In this document: in pieces, positions 9,780-18,376 of the stretch | Position numbering within the stretch: the stretch's first letter is position 1 | How the letters are laid out: each line of letters begins with the position of its first letter | Assembly: GCA_042218065.1 (NCBI GenBank) | Contig: JBDGRL010000002.1 | Coordinates: 15,539-79,538, forward strand | Source: Candidatus Magasanikiibacteriota bacterium | GTDB taxonomy: Bacteria; Patescibacteriota; Patescibacteriia; Magasanikbacterales; UBA922 | Reading direction: 5' to 3' | DNA length: 64,000 bases | Notes under the pieces: model-generated | The model's input: the letters and a program-made list of their open reading frames with translations, nothing else | Database searches by the model: none | What the model was told of the DNA's origin: nothing | Position numbers and translations under genes: made by a program

Positions 9780-10031
9780 TTATGTTTTAATAAGTACTGT
9801 TTTTCTTCTACTCGTTTTACCTCTTTTTATTTTAATACCTGAAGTATCAACACCGAACTTCTCTGCCAATATTTTTAATAACTGTTCATTGGCTTTACCG
9901 TCTTTAGGTTGAGCGGTTAAATTCACTTTTAAAGTGCCATCAGCCATATTATTGACGGCTACCTGAGAAGAATTAGGGTTTACTTTTACTTTAAGTTTTT
10001 TCATTTTAGAAACTGCATAACTATTAATCAA
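9780..10031 (-). CDS. DUF167/YggU family protein
   Basis: An 83-aa protein with KVKVNPNSSQ...DGTLKVNLTAQPKDGKANEQLLKILA, typical of UPF0235/YggU. Confidence 0.65.
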   Translation of the reverse strand: MINSYAVSKMKKLKVKVNPNSSQVAVNNMADGTLKVNLTAQPKDGKANEQLLKILAEKFGVDTSGIKIKRGKTSRRKTVLIKT

Positions 10032-10033
10032 AT

Positions 10034-10303
10034 CTACGGTTTATCTACACCACCATCATTCCAGGGATTACACCGCAATACTCTCCAAAAACACTTTAAA
10101 CTACCTTTTATAACCCCCTTCTTTTTAATACTTTGTTTGCAATACTCACTACATGTCGGATGAAATTTACAATACCCACAAGGATAAAACTTGCTAGACC
10201 AAAAGCTATGATCCGGAGAGAAAAACTTCTGATAAAGATTTAAAATTAACAAAATTATTTTTTTTCCTATTCTAGATAAAAAATTTACAATTCTTATTAA
10301 CAC
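10034..10303 (-). CDS. yidD: Membrane protein insertion efficiency factor YidD
   Basis: LYQKFFSP...PCGYCKFHPTCSEY...LRCNPWNDGGVDKP matches the YidD pattern. It is adjacent to rnpA. Confidence 0.8.
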   Translation of the reverse strand: MLIRIVNFLSRIGKKIILLILNLYQKFFSPDHSFWSSKFYPCGYCKFHPTCSEYCKQSIKKKGVIKGSLKCFWRVLRCNPWNDGGVDKP

Positions 10304-10305
10304 AA

Positions 10306-10680
10306 TTATTCAATTATCCCCACTTTTGTTAACAAATTTCTTATATCATCTTTAATATCTTCAAATCCATAATCTAGTATAGTCTCTTTTGCTAAAATAG
10401 CGGCTAAATAACCTTTATTTTTATTGTACTGATTCAATAATTCCTTTGTAGCTTCCCTAATTTGCCTTTTCTTTTTGTTTCTAACCGTAGCTTTATTTGA
10501 AATATTACTACTTACTATAAAACCTATCTTTAAATCATTTTCATTGAATCTACCAGAGTATTTATCTATATCTATTTTCCAGTATTTTAAATCAACAATA
10601 TCCCCACCTTCAAAATCACCTTCAGAGAACAAAATTTCAAAATTTCGTTCTTTTTTTAACCTAAATTCAGAAGGAATCAC
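10306..10680 (-). CDS. rnpA: Ribonuclease P protein component
   Basis: A small basic protein with LKKERNFEILF...KATVRNKKKRQIREA, typical of RnpA, placed between dnaN and yidD. Confidence 0.7.
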   Translation of the reverse strand: MIPSEFRLKKERNFEILFSEGDFEGGDIVDLKYWKIDIDKYSGRFNENDLKIGFIVSSNISNKATVRNKKKRQIREATKELLNQYNKNKGYLAAILAKETILDYGFEDIKDDIRNLLTKVGIIE

Positions 10681-10685
10681 AAAAT

Positions 10686-11807
10686 TTACTCACGTATAGG
10701 CATAACGATATACTTGTAATCACTCTTACCTTCCTCTTTAAAAAGACATGGTGATTCAGAGCTGTTCATCTTAAATTCTACTTCTTCGCTCATATTCTGT
10801 AACCCATCCAAGACGTATCTATGATTTAATAAGATAGAATTATCTTCGCCCGTTATATCAGCTTCTACTTGGTCTTCGTGCTCTCCTTTTTGAGTACTAT
10901 CAGAAGATATCTCTATGTTATTATCACTAGAATTCAAAATAAACTCAACTGAGTTTACTCCAGCTGTAGTAAAAAGACTAGCGGCTCTAATCTTCTGAAT
11001 CATTACATCCACCGGAAAGGAAGCTTCACTAGAAAATGAGTCAGGTATAATTTCTGCATAATCTGGATAATCTCCTTCAACTAACCTGCTAGATAATTCA
11101 AAGTCACCATACCGCATAATCATCTGATTTTCATTAAAAGAAATCCTCACTTGAGACTCGTCAGTTAGACTTTGAGCATTTGATATCAGTCTAGCCATCT
11201 CACTAACAGTAGAACCTGGAACTATACACTCAAGCTCATCTTCCCCTTGTGCTACAGACATTTTCTTTTCTGCTAAACGATAAGAATCAGTAGCTGCAAG
11301 AACTAACCCATCATGACGGTCACCAAAAAAACCAAAAAACACACCGGAAAGTTCTGGTCTAATCTCATTTTGAGCTACAGCTATTTCTGTATTTTTTAAA
11401 GATTGACGAAAAGGTTCTGCTAATAAAGAATAAGTAAACTTTTCTTCTACCTCAGGGATTACAGGATACTCTTCAGGATCTTCACCTTTAATTTTAGTAC
11501 TAGAAGTACCACAAGTTACTGATAATTCATTACCTTCTAATTCTATTTCAACTTTCTCATCATTTAAAAGATGAATATAATCCTTCAACGTACTTGCAGG
11601 AACAGTAAACTCACCTTGTTCTTCTACTTTTGCTCTAAAGGTAGATTTTACTGTTAACTCCAAATTTGTTGCTGTCAGTTCAACTTTACTTTCTCCAACC
11701 TCGATCAATATGTTTTTTAATATTGGTAAGTTAGGATTCTTATCAACCACACCACTCACTTGATCCAATGAGTTAGCTAAATTTTCTCTGGTACATGTGA
11801 GCTTCAT
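10686..11807 (-). CDS. dnaN: DNA polymerase III beta sliding clamp
   Basis: 373 aa with the three-domain clamp architecture, N-terminus MKLTCTRENLANSL...PILKNILIEV, immediately downstream of dnaA. Confidence 0.9.
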   Translation of the reverse strand: MKLTCTRENLANSLDQVSGVVDKNPNLPILKNILIEVGESKVELTATNLELTVKSTFRAKVEEQGEFTVPASTLKDYIHLLNDEKVEIELEGNELSVTCGTSSTKIKGEDPEEYPVIPEVEEKFTYSLLAEPFRQSLKNTEIAVAQNEIRPELSGVFFGFFGDRHDGLVLAATDSYRLAEKKMSVAQGEDELECIVPGSTVSEMARLISNAQSLTDESQVRISFNENQMIMRYGDFELSSRLVEGDYPDYAEIIPDSFSSEASFPVDVMIQKIRAASLFTTAGVNSVEFILNSSDNNIEISSDSTQKGEHEDQVEADITGEDNSILLNHRYVLDGLQNMSEEVEFKMNSSESPCLFKEEGKSDYKYIVMPIRE

Positions 11808-12076
11808 GTGTTTATTTAATTAATATTTATAACTGATTATTTTTTAAAATTTTATGTATATTATTAGTGTTGTGAATTGTGGGGATAACTTTTATTTTGC
11901 TTTAATCTTAGTCATACTTCTGGATTTATACCACTTAACAATAGATCTAACAACAAGTTAATAATGTGTGTACGAGATCGAACCTTATTTTGTCAGCTGT
12001 GGATTGCTGTTTATGGGATGTTAATGGAAAGTACAGTTTTATTCAAGCTATTCACAGCTTATCCACTTGTGGATTT
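11808..12076. promoter_or_regulatory. oriC-associated region (dnaA-dnaN intergenic) with DnaA boxes and an AT-rich unwinding stretch
   Basis: DnaA-box-like 9-mers: TGTGGGGATAA (11877), TGTGGATTG (11998), TTATCCAC (12059) and TGTGGATTT (12068). A highly AT-rich stretch lies at 11808-11870. Confidence 0.55.
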
Positions 12077-13468
12077 AATATTACTATACAGTCTTTGTTT
12101 GACTAAATCTATATCTTCTTTCAAATCTAAATCTTCTTCTATCTTTTTTTCTATTTTTTCATAGCCGTGAATAGCAGTAGTATGATCCCTACCACCAAGT
12201 TCGTTTCCAATCTCTGGGTAAGACATATCCAGCTCTTCTCTTAGTAAAAACATTGCTATTTGTCTAGGTAAAGAGTATTTCTTTTTTCTGCTTTTACCTA
12301 GTATTTCTTCTAATTCTATATCAAAAAAATCAGCAACTGTATTTAATACTTCTCTGGATGTAAGTGTTTTCTTTTGGTTCTGAGATTTGAAGCTATCTAG
12401 TACAGATTTTATCGAGTCTTCTGTAGGTTTGAAGTTCTTTAATTGATGGTATGCAATAATTTTATTTAAAGCACCTTCAAGTTCTCTGATGTTACTTTGC
12501 ACTAAAGTTGCTATCAATTCAAGTAACTCTCTATTAATTTCAAAATCCTTTTGTTGGCATTTTTTATCAAGTATAGCAACTCTTGTTTCTAAATCTGGTG
12601 AATCTACATCAGCTATCATACCCCATTCAAATCTACTTTGAAGCCTATCCTCTAAGGCTGGGATAGCTTTTGGAGGTCGGTCTGAGGATATAACTATTTG
12701 TTTATCATTTTGATACAGTGAGTTGAATGTGTGGAAAAACTCTTCTTGTGTCTGTTCTTTTCCACTTATAAATTGGATATCATCTATAAGCAGTAGGTTT
12801 ACATCTCTATATCGATCTTTAAACTCATCAGCCACGCCATCCTTAACTGATCCAACATATTCACTAGTAAATTTCTCTGCACTTACGTATAGGATTTCTT
12901 TTTGTTTATTTTTCTTTATTATCTCATTAGCGATTGCTTGTAGTAGATGTGTTTTTCCTAAACCTACATCACCGTAAATAAATAATGGGTTATATGCTTG
13001 TCCTGGTTCTTCTGCTACTGCTTTAGCGGCTGCGTGTGCTAGTTCATTACCTTTACCAACTACAAAAGTTTCAAAGTTATATTTATGACTGATACCATAT
13101 TCTTCCGCAACATCTTTAACTTCTTTTTCTTCTTTCTGTTTATATTGAGGGTTTTCAGGTGTTGACACTTCTTTTGTTTCTTTTGGTTGGCATTTCATAT
13201 CTTGTATCTTGTTTTTCTTTTCTATTTCATACTCAACTTTTTTCACTTTGATACCACTTTTTTCTTCAAGTAAATTCTTTATCTCATTATGGTATTTCTT
13301 TTCAAGCCAGCTTTTTATAAAACTGTTTGGCACGCAAATACAAACTTTACCCTCATCTTCGTCTACTTCACCGATTCCAGTATTTTGGAACCAAGTAGAA
13401 AAACTAGCTTTAGAAACTTTAAGTTCAAATTCAGCTAAAACAGATTGCCAAACCTCTGTTTTTTCCAT
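12059..13468 (-). CDS. dnaA: Chromosomal replication initiator protein DnaA
   Basis: Walker A GDVGLGKTHLLQAIANE, the AAA+ core, and the C-terminal helix-turn-helix DNA-binding domain (LPRQIAMFLLREELDMSYPEIGNELGGRDHTTAIHGYEKIE). Confidence 0.95.
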   Translation of the reverse strand: MEKTEVWQSVLAEFELKVSKASFSTWFQNTGIGEVDEDEGKVCICVPNSFIKSWLEKKYHNEIKNLLEEKSGIKVKKVEYEIEKKNKIQDMKCQPKETKEVSTPENPQYKQKEEKEVKDVAEEYGISHKYNFETFVVGKGNELAHAAAKAVAEEPGQAYNPLFIYGDVGLGKTHLLQAIANEIIKKNKQKEILYVSAEKFTSEYVGSVKDGVADEFKDRYRDVNLLLIDDIQFISGKEQTQEEFFHTFNSLYQNDKQIVISSDRPPKAIPALEDRLQSRFEWGMIADVDSPDLETRVAILDKKCQQKDFEINRELLELIATLVQSNIRELEGALNKIIAYHQLKNFKPTEDSIKSVLDSFKSQNQKKTLTSREVLNTVADFFDIELEEILGKSRKKKYSLPRQIAMFLLREELDMSYPEIGNELGGRDHTTAIHGYEKIEKKIEEDLDLKEDIDLVKQRLYSNIKSTSG

Positions 13469-13681
13469 GTTTGATGTGGATAAATTAATTCTAGGTATAT
13501 TTTAGCAAAAAAATGACGAAGGTAAAGTTTTGTCAAACTATAAGTTATGGATAAACCTGTGGAAAACTTGTGGAGGTTGTGGATATCTCCTTCTAAACCT
13601 ATGTTGAAAACTTGATTTTATTGGTTAATTAATTGTGAATAATTAGTTTTTAAGATTATTTTAGATTACTGTTTTGAAAGA
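13469..13681. promoter_or_regulatory. DnaA-box cluster upstream of dnaA (oriC/dnaA promoter region)
   Basis: Perfect TGTGGATAA at 13475-13483, then TATGGATAA (13545), TGTGGAAAA (13558), TGTGGAGGT (13569) and TGTGGATAT (13578). That is five boxes within about 110 bp. Confidence 0.65.
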
Positions 13682-16675
13682 TTATTTAACTTTCATTTTC
13701 ATACTTCCACCTATATACTCATTGTTATTGGATCTTATTTTTGCTTTTATAGTCCACTGTCCTTTATTTTCTTCTGGATAATTATTCCATATGACTTTGT
13801 TTCTTTCTTTTTTGAATCTTGTTTTGTCTTTAATTTTCTCTAGAGTTATAGATTTGTCATTTTTTGTGGCTTGTATAGTTATAGAGTCTATTTCTTTTTC
13901 TTTGTAAGTTCTGAAAAATATAGATAATGGATAGTCTCGTTTAGTTATAGTTTTATTAAACCTTATGAAAGATACAGAGGACTTAACTTTACCTGCTTTT
14001 AAGATAAAGTTAATCTTTTTGATTTTCCTGTTTCCAATATCATCTTGAGCAATAATTGTTAATGTATGCTTGCCATCTTCTAAGGTTTTAGCTTTGTAAT
14101 TTAAATTGAAGGGGTGTTTGTCTTCTACACCGACATACCTTCCATCAATTCTGTATATTACTTTATCAACTCCTCTTGGAGCTGAGAATCTAATATCAGT
14201 ATTAATTTCTCTGGTCGTAATTGTTGAGCTTGGTTTTGGGTAGACGACATTAACAGTAGGAGCTAGCTCAGGTGAATATCCTTTATCTTTTTTGGTTGGA
14301 GGTTTTTTAAAGGTTAGATTCCAGTCAGGTTTTTTCTTTTTCATTCTTTTTTTCCAGTCTTTGATTGCTTTTTCCCATATTTCGTACTGTGGGTCTTTAC
14401 TTGGATTTTCTGGTCTTGGTCCTCTGGGATTATCTTTATCTACGTAGTGGAGTATTGAGTGTGGTGGTACAAAGGTTTTTGTTTCTATAAGATGATCTGG
14501 AGTTGAGCTGGTGGCAATCAGGCCTGTTTCTTCATTTATTTTCATTTTAATTTTACCTTTTTCTCCTTTTAGTATTGGTTTATCTACGTCTAAGTTAGGG
14601 GGATCAGGGAATTTTTTTATTGGCTTGTCTTCAAGAGCTTTTTTCATAAACTCATTCCAGATCGGTCCTGCTACTTTTGAGCCGCCAAAACCTCTTTTCA
14701 TAGGTGAGTTATCTGTATTTCCGGCCCAAACACCTGCAACTAAGTTCGGTGTATATCCCATTGTCCAAGAGTCTACATAATCGTTTGTAGTACCTGTTTT
14801 TGCAGCTACTGGCCTTTCTTCTAGTTGAAGCACACTATCAGTACCAAATGCGAATGCTCTTGCTTCGTTGTCACTTAGTACGTCAGTTATTAATTTGGTG
14901 TACTTTGCATCTATGATTCTTTCCCCTTCTTTTTTCTTTTGTTCATAAAGTATTTCTCCATTTGGCCCCTCTACTTTTAGTATACTTGTAGGCTCCCTTT
15001 GTATGCCTCCATTGGCTAAAGTTGCATAAGCATTTGCGTGTTCAAGAGGTATTACTCCTCCCCCTCCTAATACGAGCGATAGTCCCAGGTTTCTTTTTGA
15101 TAAAGTGGTATATCCTAAATCTTTCGAAAACTCTAATGCTTTATCAGTACCGGTAAGATAAAGTGTTTTTACCGCAGGGATATTTATAGACCCTTGTAGA
15201 GCTTTTCGCATTGTAACTGGCCCTCTTTCTTTAAGGTCATAGTTTTTTGGTATATATTCTTTTGATTCCGGAACTGCAAAATCGGTTTTTACGTCATAAA
15301 GTATAGTGGAAGGAGTATAACCCTTTTGAAATGCAGCTGTATATACTATCGGTTTGAAGGATGAGCCGGGCTGTCTTTTAGCTTCAGTTATAATATTAAA
15401 TTTACCGTCAATTTTTTCATTATAAAAATTTTTTGATCCAATCATAGATAAGATCTGGCTTGATTTTGGGTCCATAGCGACAAGTCCTGTATTATCTGCT
15501 TCTGCTTTATTTAATACCTTGCTTCCGGTAGAGCTTACTACTTTCTTTGCTTTTTTTTGCATATCCCAGTCTAAAGAGGTGATCACTTTCAAACCACCGG
15601 TGTCTACTTTTCTTTCTCCAAATTTATCTATCAATTTCTCTCTTACATGGAGTACGAAGTGTGGAGCTTTTATATTTTGAAAATCTCTAGATAAGGATAG
15701 AGGTTTCTTTTGTGTATTCTCCATTTTTTCTTTTGAGATATAACCTTCTTTATACATTCTATAAAGTACAAAGTTCCTTCTTTGCTTAAGTTCTTTTGGG
15801 TTGGCAAGAAATGAGCTCGGAGCCTTTGGTAAACCGGCCAATATGGCAGATTCATTTAAATTTAAATCTGAAACCTCTTTGTTAAAATAATCTTCAGCTG
15901 CAGATGCTACCCCGTAGTTTGTAGAGCCATATGGTATTTCATTGAAGTACATTTTGAGTATTTGTTTCTTGGAATATTGTTGCTCCAGCTTTAGTGATAA
16001 TATCATCTCTTTAATTTTTCTAATGTAGCTTCTTTCTCTTGTTAAAACAGCATTTTTTACTAATTGTTGAGTCAGTGTAGATGTGCCCTGTATTCGTTCG
16101 TTATAAACTATGGCGTTGAAGACAGCTCTAGCAATGCTCAAAGGTCTAACGCCGTAATGTTCATAAAACCTATCATCCTCCGTTGCTATAACCCCTTGTT
16201 TTAGGTGTTTAGGAACTTTATTCAATTCAACTAGAGTTCTATTTTTATTGGCAAAAATTTCGTAAAGCAGGTGTTCTCCACTCCTGTCATAGATTTTGGT
16301 GGTTTGTGCTATATCTCTTTGTATTAGTTGATCCGGGCTGGGAAGGTTTTTACTAGCCCAAGCTGTAATTATTGTTATAGAAAGAAAACCAAACACAAAT
16401 ATAGTCAAAGCACCCCAACCTATAATCTTCTTAAATTTTGAACTTTTTATGAAATTTATCTTAAAAATGAAGGAGAAGATATAAAAAATACCACTGAATA
16501 CAGCTTTAATAATGCTCCAAAGAAATTTAAAAATCCAAGCACCAATTTTATAAGATACTGTAAAAACTTTTCCTAAAACACTTGTATTTTTCTTCTTTTT
16601 GGTGTATTTCTTCTTGGTTTTTTTATTTTCTTTTTTATTGTCAAAGCCGTAGGATCTTCGGTCTTTTTTACTCAT
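13682..16675 (-). CDS. mrcA: Class A penicillin-binding protein 1A (glycosyltransferase plus transpeptidase) with a Lys-rich N-terminal tail and a long C-terminal extension
   Basis: GT51 motifs (EDDRFYEHYGV, RxxTLTQQ), transpeptidase SSFKP (SxxK) and KTGTTND (KTG). About 40 aa of N-terminal Lys-rich sequence precede the TM, and about 250 aa of extra beta-rich C-terminal sequence follow. Confidence 0.9.
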   Translation of the reverse strand: MSKKDRRSYGFDNKKENKKTKKKYTKKKKNTSVLGKVFTVSYKIGAWIFKFLWSIIKAVFSGIFYIFSFIFKINFIKSSKFKKIIGWGALTIFVFGFLSITIITAWASKNLPSPDQLIQRDIAQTTKIYDRSGEHLLYEIFANKNRTLVELNKVPKHLKQGVIATEDDRFYEHYGVRPLSIARAVFNAIVYNERIQGTSTLTQQLVKNAVLTRERSYIRKIKEMILSLKLEQQYSKKQILKMYFNEIPYGSTNYGVASAAEDYFNKEVSDLNLNESAILAGLPKAPSSFLANPKELKQRRNFVLYRMYKEGYISKEKMENTQKKPLSLSRDFQNIKAPHFVLHVREKLIDKFGERKVDTGGLKVITSLDWDMQKKAKKVVSSTGSKVLNKAEADNTGLVAMDPKSSQILSMIGSKNFYNEKIDGKFNIITEAKRQPGSSFKPIVYTAAFQKGYTPSTILYDVKTDFAVPESKEYIPKNYDLKERGPVTMRKALQGSINIPAVKTLYLTGTDKALEFSKDLGYTTLSKRNLGLSLVLGGGGVIPLEHANAYATLANGGIQREPTSILKVEGPNGEILYEQKKKEGERIIDAKYTKLITDVLSDNEARAFAFGTDSVLQLEERPVAAKTGTTNDYVDSWTMGYTPNLVAGVWAGNTDNSPMKRGFGGSKVAGPIWNEFMKKALEDKPIKKFPDPPNLDVDKPILKGEKGKIKMKINEETGLIATSSTPDHLIETKTFVPPHSILHYVDKDNPRGPRPENPSKDPQYEIWEKAIKDWKKRMKKKKPDWNLTFKKPPTKKDKGYSPELAPTVNVVYPKPSSTITTREINTDIRFSAPRGVDKVIYRIDGRYVGVEDKHPFNLNYKAKTLEDGKHTLTIIAQDDIGNRKIKKINFILKAGKVKSSVSFIRFNKTITKRDYPLSIFFRTYKEKEIDSITIQATKNDKSITLEKIKDKTRFKKERNKVIWNNYPEENKGQWTIKAKIRSNNNEYIGGSMKMKVK

Positions 16676-16709
16676 GTTTTCTATTTAATACATATAAATA
16701 CTAACAGGG

Positions 16710-16738
16710 TTGACAAAAATTTTCTAGTATGCTATACT
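16710..16738 (+). promoter_or_regulatory. Consensus sigma70-type promoter
   Basis: TTGACA (16710-16715), a 17-nt spacer, then TATACT (16733-16738), about 50 nt upstream of the 3D-domain gene. Confidence 0.5.
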
Positions 16739-16785
16739 CTTGCGTTGTTCTAGTTGAGCAACAAATTTAGTACTTAACTTATTTT

Positions 16786-17307
16786 ATGAATATACTGGAT
16801 CAAATCAAGTTAGAAGATAATTTAATAAGACTTTTTAGTCTTTCAGTTATAGCAATTTTTGTCCTAACTGCAGCAAAACCAGCAACAATTACCACAAAAG
16901 CTAAAAATAAAACACCAAAAAAGAACGAAATACATAATTTTAATGGAAATAATCTACCTAAATCTAAACAAAAAGATCCTATAAGGTCTTATTGGGTTGT
17001 AGCCACTGCTTATTCGTCTGAGGTAGGACAAACTGATGATTCACCATGTATACCATCTAAGGCTGATTTTAACCTCTGTGAGCATTACAAAAAGCACAAA
17101 ATAGAGGATACGATAGCTGCCAACTTTCTACCTTTGGGAGCTAAAGTAAAATTCCCCGAGCTTTACGGTGATAAAGTATTTACTGTAAGAGATCGTATGA
17201 ATGAAAGATATAACGGAACTGCTCGTATTGATTTTTGGAAATCTCACACCTCTGAAGCCGAAAACTTCGGTGTCAAAAGTGTAAAAATGGAGATTATAAA
17301 ATACTAA
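16786..17307 (+). CDS. 3D-domain (MltA/YuiC-like) cell-wall-associated protein
   Basis: An N-terminal TM, then VATAYSSEVGQTDDSPC...AANFLPLGAKVKFPELYGDKVFTVRDRM...RIDFW, which matches the 3D-domain pattern. Confidence 0.6.
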   Translation: MNILDQIKLEDNLIRLFSLSVIAIFVLTAAKPATITTKAKNKTPKKNEIHNFNGNNLPKSKQKDPIRSYWVVATAYSSEVGQTDDSPCIPSKADFNLCEHYKKHKIEDTIAANFLPLGAKVKFPELYGDKVFTVRDRMNERYNGTARIDFWKSHTSEAENFGVKSVKMEIIKY

Positions 17308-17349
17308 GATTGCAACAAGCAGGTAAAAATGATAAAATTTACCTGCTAT

Positions 17350-17420
17350 GGCACGGTAGCCAAGTGGTAAGGCAGGGGACTGCAAATCCCCGATCCCGGG
17401 TTCGATTCCCGGTCGTGCCT
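17350..17420 (+). tRNA. tRNA-Cys (anticodon GCA)
   Basis: Acceptor GGCACGG/TCGTGCC, anticodon stem-loop GGGGA-CTGCAAA-TCCCC, T-arm CCCGGGTTCGATTCCCGG; length 71 nt. Confidence 0.85.
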
Positions 17421-17421
17421 C

Positions 17422-17973
17422 AAGATTAAACCGCTTTCTGAAGACCTGGATTTTACCGGACTTACTTCTAGTTCTAATGTAGAATCACTTTTTCTTACAA
17501 CTGTAGATAGGCTAAAGCAAAGGGGTATTACTGCTGAACTAGCAGAATCAAAACACACTTCCGGTGGTTTTTTAGGAGTCTTGTCGGTGAGTCTGTATGA
17601 GCTAAATATAGAGATAAAAGTAGAGGTCTCGCTGCGAGAAAAGAGTGCTAAAAGTGAGATTATAACTATCGCGAATGATTTCATTCCCAGCTATACAATT
17701 ACAGCACTAGCTCAAGAAAAAATTGTAGAAGAAAAGCTGCAGGCTGTGTTTAAAAGAACTAAACCCAGAGATTGGTACGATCTTTATTTTTTACTTCGCT
17801 CTCGGCTGGTTCCTGTAGAACAAAGAGATGTTTTAAAAGATGCCCTAGTAAAACTTAATCAAACAGATATTTCCTTTAGAAAATTGAAATTATTATTACC
17901 TCAAGACCATCATCAGATTTTACAGGATTTTGAGAAAAATTTGTCTCGTGAATTGAAAAGATTTGCAGACTGA
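17422..17973 (+). pseudogene. N-terminally truncated AbiEii/DUF1814-type nucleotidyltransferase toxin gene; the reading frame runs open from the tRNA-Cys 3' end
   Basis: Only the C-terminal part is present (KPRDWYDLYFLLRSRL, the AbiEii C-terminal motif). The frame is open from 17422 directly abutting the tRNA, with no ATG or RBS. The nucleotidyltransferase N-domain is absent. Confidence 0.5.
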
Positions 17974-18169
17974 CATTCTGCTTTGGGTCAAGTTGGCACA
18001 TCCGCTCTGATTTTTCAAACCCCGATCTCTTAATGAATATATTTTTACTACGTATTTAGAGAAGCCTGACTTGGACTCTTTTGAGAAGATAATAGAAAAA
18101 AGCAGAAAGATTGTAGCAAAAAAGATATAGAGAAAGAGGATGTTAAGGAGATTATAAAAGAAGTTAGAG

Positions 18170-18274
18170 ATGAAAATAATTCTTGATACAAATGTAGTTG
18201 TTTCCGGTATATTTTGGTCCAGTCCTCCATTTGAAATGCTTCAAGTTGGAAGAGAAATAGATTTCAGGTTATAA
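18170..18274 (+). pseudogene. Fragment of a PIN-domain toxin gene (first 34 codons only) overlapped by the tail of a decayed upstream antitoxin-like frame
   Basis: MKIILDTNVVVSGIFWSSPPFEMLQVGREIDFRL then stop. A typical PIN N-terminus (DTNVVVS) is truncated after about 34 aa. The upstream frame ...KEDVKEIIKEVRDENNS ends in an ATGA overlap with the toxin start. Confidence 0.5.
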
Positions 18275-18300
18275 TTACAAAAGAAGTTTATAATGAATGC

Positions 18301-18328
18301 TTGACATTTTTTTGATTTATTGTATAAT
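18301..18328 (+). promoter_or_regulatory. Consensus sigma70-type promoter for the DUF4143 ATPase gene
   Basis: TTGACA (18301-18306), a 16-nt spacer, then TATAAT (18323-18328). Confidence 0.5.
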
Positions 18329-18376
18329 TAAGTTGGTTATTTATGGAGTAAGATTATTAATTAGCCTGGTTATTTT

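Noticed and set aside
17346-17684. 112-aa minus-strand ORF
   Set aside because: It overlaps tRNA-Cys and the AbiEii-fragment frame on the opposite strand; an artefact.
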